The position numbers and the translations under genes were made by a program. From contig OZ243972.1 in the NCBI GenBank assembly GCA_965214705.1, positions 1,696,001 through 1,760,000 on the forward strand: 64,000 nt of DNA. The letters run 5' to 3'. How positions within the stretch are numbered: position 1 is the stretch's first letter; every line of letters starts with the position of its first letter. Below the pieces are notes generated by a model, which saw only the letters and a list, made by a program, of their open reading frames with translations, did not search any database and was not told the DNA's origin. This document shows positions 58,679 to 64,000 of the stretch, one piece after another. The DNA is from Alphaproteobacteria bacterium (GTDB lineage: Bacteria; Pseudomonadota; Alphaproteobacteria; UBA828).

Positions 58679-58815
58679 GCCATAGTGCCCCAATCCAGAC
58701 GTTTGACCTCGTCGACGAGGTGCCCCTCCTACGTCATGGCCGGGCTTGTCCCGGCCATCCACGTGTTTGCCCAGCGTTCAACGGGTCTGGCTGAACGAGA
58801 TGCCCGGAACAAGTC

Positions 58816-60074
58816 CACTGCTGTCCGGTTTAGCTTGGGTAGACAAGGTGCATGGCTTGGATTCAACTTGGTTTTTGCAAGACCTGTTGAATCGAAGCTC
58901 GCAATGGAGCCCAAGCCATGCCCTACCAGGATACGGTTTTCGGCGAACTGATGAAGGCGTTTCCGCGCTGGCGCTTCGACAAGCTGGCAGAGCGCCACGG
59001 AGCGGACTACCGGGTCCGGCGCCTTTCGTCGTGGAGCCAGTTCCAGGCGATGGTGTTCGCCCAGCTGTCGGGCTCGCGCTCCTTGCGCGAGGCGGTCGGT
59101 GCGCTGGAACGCTTTCCGGGCGTCCACGCCCATCTGGGTCTGGCGCCGGTGCGGCGGTCTACGCTCGCGGATGCCAACCGGGTACGTCCGGCGGCCCTGT
59201 TCGAGGACGTGCTGGAAGCCCTGGTCGCCCGGCTGGGCGCATCTGCGGGCCAGCGCGGGCGGGAGATGCTGCGCCTCGTCGATGCGACCCGGGTCCTGGT
59301 TGGCAAGCGGATCGAGAGCTGGGAGGCCGACGGTGCCGTCAAGCTGCACGTGGTCTACGACCCGGACGCAGATGCGCCTGTCTGCTTTGCCGTGACCTCG
59401 GCCAGGGTCAACGACATCACGCCGGCCAAGCGCCTCCCCATCGAGCCCGGCGCGACTTACGTCTTCGACAGAGGCTATTACGACTTCACCTTCTGGGCAG
59501 ACATCGACGCCAAGGGGAGCCGCTTCGTCACCCGCCTGAAGAAGAACTCGCCCACAAGCCTGATCGAGACCCGCCCGGTCAAGCCGGACGGCCCGGTCGT
59601 GGCCGACCGCGTCGCCTTGCTGTCGAAGCGCCTGGCGGCGAGCCGCAAGAACCCCTTCGACAAGCCGGTGCGTCTGGTCGACGTGCGCATCGACAGCGGC
59701 AGGGAGATCACGCTGGTCAGCAACGACCTCAATGCCCCGGCCGAAGAGATCGCGGCGCTCTACAAGCAGCGCTGGCAGGTCGAGCTGTTCTTCAAGTGGA
59801 TCAAGCAGAACCTCAAGATCAGACACTTCCTCGGCACCAGCGAAAATGCCGTGCGCATCCAGATCGTCACCGCGCTGATCGCCTACCTGCTGCTGCGGCT
59901 GGCGCAGATCGGAACCGGAACCGGGCTCGGCCTCCAGGCCATCGCCCGCCTCGTCGCCAAGACGACCTTCCAACGCCGGGCCCTCACCGACCTCTTCGAA
60001 CCACCGCCTGACACACCGCAAGCCCATGGCCAGCTCCAAATCCCCTTCGCCAAAATCTAAACCGGACAGCAATG
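58816..60074 (+). mobile_element. IS4-family insertion sequence
   Basis: IRs CACTGCTGTCCGGTTTAG and CTAAACCGGACAGCAATG; 9-bp duplication GAACAAGTC at 58807-58815 and 60075-60083. Confidence 0.92.
58918..60060 (+). CDS. IS4 family transposase
   Basis: VDAT, FDRGY, YKQRWQVELFFKWIKQ (YREK motif). Confidence 0.93.
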   Translation: MPYQDTVFGELMKAFPRWRFDKLAERHGADYRVRRLSSWSQFQAMVFAQLSGSRSLREAVGALERFPGVHAHLGLAPVRRSTLADANRVRPAALFEDVLEALVARLGASAGQRGREMLRLVDATRVLVGKRIESWEADGAVKLHVVYDPDADAPVCFAVTSARVNDITPAKRLPIEPGATYVFDRGYYDFTFWADIDAKGSRFVTRLKKNSPTSLIETRPVKPDGPVVADRVALLSKRLAASRKNPFDKPVRLVDVRIDSGREITLVSNDLNAPAEEIAALYKQRWQVELFFKWIKQNLKIRHFLGTSENAVRIQIVTALIAYLLLRLAQIGTGTGLGLQAIARLVAKTTFQRRALTDLFEPPPDTPQAHGQLQIPFAKI

Positions 60075-60167
60075 GAACAAGTCCGAGCATGACGAGAGAA
60101 TTTACCGGGTCGAGGAGCCTGCGCAGCCAACCCAAATTATGCGAACATCGGAAATAGGACTCTAGGC

Positions 60168-61214
60168 CTAGGCCCCGCCCTCCGGTGAGAGGCAGTTGCT
60201 GAACGATGCAGCCATGTTGCGGAGCAGCGTGAAGTAGAGCTCCGGCCCGTCCTCGATCGTGGCGCCGATGGGATCCACGGTGCCGGTCTTCACGTCGCTG
60301 CCTTCGATGACGGTCCTGACAATGCGCTGGTCGAATTGGGGCTCGTCGAACACGCAGACCACGCCGAGCGAGTGCAGCTTGTCTTGAAGTTCGGCGATGC
60401 GCCGCGCGCCGGGCGCGCGCTCGGGGCTGACGACGACCGAGCCCGCAGCGGTAAGCCCGAAGCGGTCCTCGAAATAGCGGTAGCCATCGTGGAAGACGAT
60501 GAACGGCACGCCGCGAGCCGGTGCCACTTCCTGGGCGATCTCCCCGGTCAAGTGGTCCAGGCGGTGGAGCAGGGCGTCGACGTTGGCCTCGTAGGTGGCG
60601 GCGTTGGCAGGATCGACGCCGGCCAGGGCGCCGCCGATCGCGCGCGCCAGGGTCCAGCCGTTGATCGGATCGAGCCAGACATGCAGGTCGAAGGCGCCGT
60701 GGTCGTCCATGTCGTCGGCATGGTCATCGTGGTCGTCATGCCCGTGGCCATGGCCGTGATCGTCGTGACCCGCGTCGTCGTCCATACCCCCGTGGCCGTG
60801 GCTGCTGTGGTCGTGGTCCTCGAAGGCGCCGCCCTCGCGCATCGGCCTTCGCACCAGCCCCGCTGCGTCGATCAGCTTGACCACGTGGGCGTTGTCGGCG
60901 AGCGCGTTCACCGGCTCAACGAGCGCGGTCTCCATCGTGTCGCCGATCATGAAGACGATATGGGCCTCCTCCAGCGCCGCCGCGTCAGAGGGGCGCATGG
61001 TGAAGGTATGCGGCGACGAGTGGCCCCGGATGATCAGGTGAGGCTCGCCCACGCCCGCCATCACGGCGCTCACCAGCGAATGCACCGGCTTGATCGAGGC
61101 GACCACCCGCAATTCGTCATCGGCCGTTGCGGGGCCTGCGGCCCCCCAGCCGAGGAGTGCCACTGCGGCAAGCGTAAGGGGTAAACGTCGAAGTGCGATG
61201 CGTGGACGATCCAT
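60168..61214 (-). CDS. znuA: Zinc ABC transporter substrate-binding protein
   Basis: VVASIKPVHSLV, SPH, His/Asp-rich loop, DLHVWLDP, FHDGY.YFE. Confidence 0.9.
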   Translation of the reverse strand: MDRPRIALRRLPLTLAAVALLGWGAAGPATADDELRVVASIKPVHSLVSAVMAGVGEPHLIIRGHSSPHTFTMRPSDAAALEEAHIVFMIGDTMETALVEPVNALADNAHVVKLIDAAGLVRRPMREGGAFEDHDHSSHGHGGMDDDAGHDDHGHGHGHDDHDDHADDMDDHGAFDLHVWLDPINGWTLARAIGGALAGVDPANAATYEANVDALLHRLDHLTGEIAQEVAPARGVPFIVFHDGYRYFEDRFGLTAAGSVVVSPERAPGARRIAELQDKLHSLGVVCVFDEPQFDQRIVRTVIEGSDVKTGTVDPIGATIEDGPELYFTLLRNMAASFSNCLSPEGGA

Positions 61215-61250
61215 GGTCGCGTCTCCGTCGATCAGGCGGGTATGGTTTGG

Positions 61251-61273
61251 AAGATGTTATAATGTAATGTTGC
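61251..61273. promoter_or_regulatory. Probable Zur box upstream of znuA
   Basis: AAGATGTTATAATGTAATGTTGC resembles the proteobacterial Zur palindrome (ATGTTATAntATAACAT), ~40 bp upstream of znuA. Confidence 0.65.
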
Positions 61274-61303
61274 GCTTGTACACTGGCCCTCGGAAGCCGG
61301 GCG

Positions 61304-62308
61304 TCAGCCGAGCGGCGTGTTGAGAAAGGCGATGAACGAGACCAGGCCGACGAGGGTGACCAGGGCAGCGCCCGCGTAGTTCATGCCTTGGCGGAGCGCG
61401 TTGGCCCCGCCGCCCGAGCGCTCCATGACCCGCATCGCGGCCTGCCTTGCGAGGATCGCGCCGACCCCAAGCACGCAAATGCTAGAGCCGATGCCGAGCG
61501 ACATCGCCGCGACCAGCAGGGAGCCCGGAACGATCATGTCGTTCGCCACCGCGTAGAGCATGATCAGCACGGCGCCGGGGCAGGGGACCATACCGGCCGC
61601 GAGCGCCAGGATGCCGCCTTCCGCCTTGCCGCCGTGGCTGTGGCCATGATGGTGCCCGTGCGCATGGGCGTGATCATGGTCGTGGTGATGACCATGTCCT
61701 CTGTGGCCGCGCGCCCTCAGCGAGGCGCGGACGGCCTGGTAGAGCATGTAGAGGCCGATGCCGACGATGATGAGGAAGCTCGCGGCGCGCACGCCGGGCA
61801 CGTCCGAGAGCCCCAGCCCGAAGCCGCCGCGCAGCACGAGGTCGGCGAGCCAGACAATGACGATGGCAGCGATGACGTGGACGATGGCGATCTGCAGGGC
61901 CATCACCACGCCGCGCATCACCCGCGCCTCGCGCCCGAGGAAGTATGACACGACGACGAACTTCCCGTGCCCCGGCCCAAATGCGTGGATGGCGCCGTAG
62001 GCGAAGGCGACCGCAAGGGCCAGGAGGAAGGCGCCGAGATTCTCGCCCCGCTCGATGGCGTTCATGTGGAAGGCCACCTCGGCGTTGGCGCGGCGCTGGA
62101 AATCCATCAGGAAGTCCGATACCCCGTCGAACAGGCCGCCGCGCTCCTCGACGATCTCGACCTCGACGGGAACGGGCGCCGGCGCTGCGGAGTCGGTCTG
62201 CGAGAGCGCGAGCGGCGCCGCGAACAGGCTCGTCAGAAACAGCACGCACACCAGACCCAGCAGCGCGAGCGGTCTGCAGAGGCGGCGTCTGCGGGGCATG
62301 TGACTCAT
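61304..62308 (-). CDS. RcnA/NicO-family nickel/cobalt transporter
   Basis: YGAIHAFGPGHGK, His-rich loop, GMVPCPGA. Confidence 0.88.
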   Translation of the reverse strand: MSHMPRRRRLCRPLALLGLVCVLFLTSLFAAPLALSQTDSAAPAPVPVEVEIVEERGGLFDGVSDFLMDFQRRANAEVAFHMNAIERGENLGAFLLALAVAFAYGAIHAFGPGHGKFVVVSYFLGREARVMRGVVMALQIAIVHVIAAIVIVWLADLVLRGGFGLGLSDVPGVRAASFLIIVGIGLYMLYQAVRASLRARGHRGHGHHHDHDHAHAHGHHHGHSHGGKAEGGILALAAGMVPCPGAVLIMLYAVANDMIVPGSLLVAAMSLGIGSSICVLGVGAILARQAAMRVMERSGGGANALRQGMNYAGAALVTLVGLVSFIAFLNTPLG

Positions 62309-62314
62309 CGGGGC

Positions 62315-62905
62315 CTATCCCTCGCAGGCGAGCGTGATGGGTTGAGGATGGCCGGATTGCGCGCCCTCGCCGCGCGCAAGGCGGAACTTGCATCCCGGCG
62401 TCATCTCGCCGCTCACCAGAAGGAAGGGGGAATCGGAAAAGCTGAAGTCCACGAAAACCTCACGATCGAACAGGCTGACGGTCACGGGTTCTGCTTTCGG
62501 GTCGAGGGGCGGCGTCAGGCCCACGGAAAACTCGTAGACGAGTTGCGTCTGCTCGATCCGCGCCGCAAACCGATCCACGTCGAAACCGTCCTGCTTCTCC
62601 TCTCCCAACCAGATGTGCACGAAATAATCGGCTGGTGAGAGCGGATCGAAGGTCTCGGCGCGCAGGTTTCTGACCTCAAGCGGATTGAGGCTTCCGTCGC
62701 CATCCAGATCGTAGGTCTGGATGGTGTGGGCGCTGTAGAAGTCGTCGAACGTCCACGAAAAATCCAGGCCACTGACCCGCTGCTGGTCGAACGAGACGGT
62801 GATCGTGGTCTCGACCCATACGTCCGGATTGGCGCGCGCCTCGGTCGCCGCCAGCGCTGCGGTCAGGGCGACAACCAGCGCCCGTAGCCTGAGCATCGTC
62901 GCCAT
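62315..62905 (-). CDS. DUF1007 family periplasmic protein
   Basis: Signal peptide, W.FDDFYS, DLDGDGSL, FD..FVDF; usual partner of the RcnA-like gene. Confidence 0.75.
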   Translation of the reverse strand: MATMLRLRALVVALTAALAATEARANPDVWVETTITVSFDQQRVSGLDFSWTFDDFYSAHTIQTYDLDGDGSLNPLEVRNLRAETFDPLSPADYFVHIWLGEEKQDGFDVDRFAARIEQTQLVYEFSVGLTPPLDPKAEPVTVSLFDREVFVDFSFSDSPFLLVSGEMTPGCKFRLARGEGAQSGHPQPITLACEG

Positions 62906-63439
62906 GGAGGGACGTTGTGACATGTCGTGTGACATGTCAAGAGTGTCGTTGTAATGGCGAAGGTCGCGGCCCCGTCGCCGCGACGTGGCTCGCCCGCATT
63001 TCTCACCACGTTCATGGTCTGCGCGGCGCTGTCCGGCCGACAGGGTAGGAACGGCGCGCAGCGCGATGTGGGGCATCGGGCGAGCGGTTTGACGCACTCT
63101 GTGGGCGGAACAGCGCTGCCCTTCGGGTCGCGCCCAGGCGCCCGCCCGCGTCGTCGCGGGCTTCAACCGTATTCCCCGATACGCCTTTCGGCCCGCTCCT
63201 GGCGGGTCGAACGCCTGGGCGCGACGCAGGTCGTGACTCTGGTGAGAAACCATAGTGACTTACTGCGCCTCCTGTTGTCCTGAGATGCCTGGAGAGGCTT
63301 GGAGGTTCATTTTGTTGTGGTATTGAAATGATCTATCCGGCCTGGAGCGGACTGTAGGTCCCCCGAAGGGTCCTGAGGTTACTTCCATGTGTTGTAGTAG
63401 GTGTTGATTTGATATGCCCCGACATGCCACAATCCATGC

Positions 63440-64000
63440 ATGTCAAACATATCCGGAAAGCGCGTCGCGCGCGTCAAGCTCACAATCGCCAAGCGCGCCA
63501 TCGACAGCCTCAAGCCCGCCCACAAGCCATGGATCGCATGGGACGACAAGCTCACGGGCTTCGGCGTCCAGGTCCACCCGTCTGGCGTCAAGTCCTACAT
63601 CGTCAACTACCGCCCCGGCGCGGGCGGCAGGGCGGCACCCAACAAGCGCCTCGCCATCGGACGCTGCGACAGGATGGCGCCGGAGCAGGCGCGGCGCGAG
63701 GCCCACAGGCTGCTGGGCATGGTTGCCGTGGGCGAGGACCCGGCGACGGACCGTGCCAGGAGCCGGCGCATGCCGCCCCTCGGGGAGGCCTTCGAGCAGT
63801 ACATGGCGGCCAATCCCAAGCGCAGGGCGAGCACGACCGAGAACTACCGTGACCGGTTCGAGCGGCCCCTCTCGGACTGGCTTGGCCGTTCCCTCGACAG
63901 CATCACGCGCAGCGACGTGGAGGACCGGTTCAACCGCATCACCGAGAAACACGGATGGGCGACGGCCAACCAGTGCATCTCCCTGCTGCGCTCGGTCTAC
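63440..64000 (+). CDS. Tyrosine integrase with arm-binding domain, 5' part; runs off the window and is absent from the ORF track
   Basis: Hand translation: ...KLTIAKRAIDSLKPAHKPWIAWDDKLTGFGVQVHPSGVKSYIVNYR...EQARREA...GEDPA. Confidence 0.85.
   Translation, partial: MSNISGKRVARVKLTIAKRAIDSLKPAHKPWIAWDDKLTGFGVQVHPSGVKSYIVNYRPGAGGRAAPNKRLAIGRCDRMAPEQARREAHRLLGMVAVGEDPATDRARSRRMPPLGEAFEQYMAANPKRRASTTENYRDRFERPLSDWLGRSLDSITRSDVEDRFNRITEKHGWATANQCISLLRSVY

Larger units (their letters stand above)
58732..60094. repeat. Alphaproteobacterial REP-like palindromic element split by IS4
   Basis: CGTCATGGCCGGGCTTGTCCCGGCCATCCACG...GATGCCCGGAACAAGTC | IS | CGAGCATGACG. Confidence 0.75.

Noticed and set aside
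60700-61700. Short repetitive His/Asp codon runs
   Set aside because: Ordinary His-rich loops of ZnuA and the RcnA-like protein.
62954-63283. 109-aa ORF before the third integrase
   Set aside because: No motif or clear RBS; cannot be supported as a gene.

Overview
GC-rich, alphaproteobacterial-type chromosome segment. The tandem integrases and Calx-beta surface protein suggest a marine or host-associated lineage, which is inference only. 1-8 kb is a mobile-element stack: an ISKra4-like IS sits in the maturase of one group II intron, which appears inserted in a second group II intron, which sits antisense in the 3' end of an AT-richer receiver + histidine kinase pair. That pair lies beside two tandem tyrosine integrases that abut an N-terminally truncated TRAP dctM. 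8-48 kb is mostly metabolism: hydantoinase/carbamoylase/racemase operon, PIN toxin-antitoxin, DddW-like cupin, sdhCDAB-mdh, a frameshifted HEPN gene, sat and aprMBA, and sucCDAB-lpdA. 48-58 kb is a second accessory region: 44-bp direct repeats bracket an ASPIC/FG-GAP gene fragment, an IS66 element carrying a DNA methyltransferase, a surface-protein gene enclosed by ~70-100 bp inverted repeats, and a divergent LuxR-type regulator. The window ends with an IS4 inside a REP-like palindrome, znuA with a Zur box, an RcnA-like transporter, DUF1007 and a third integrase. The best candidates for something undescribed are the repeat-bounded surface-protein cassette, the intron-in-intron targeting domain III, and the methyltransferase-carrying IS66. 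All family calls come from motif recognition by eye; no searches were run.
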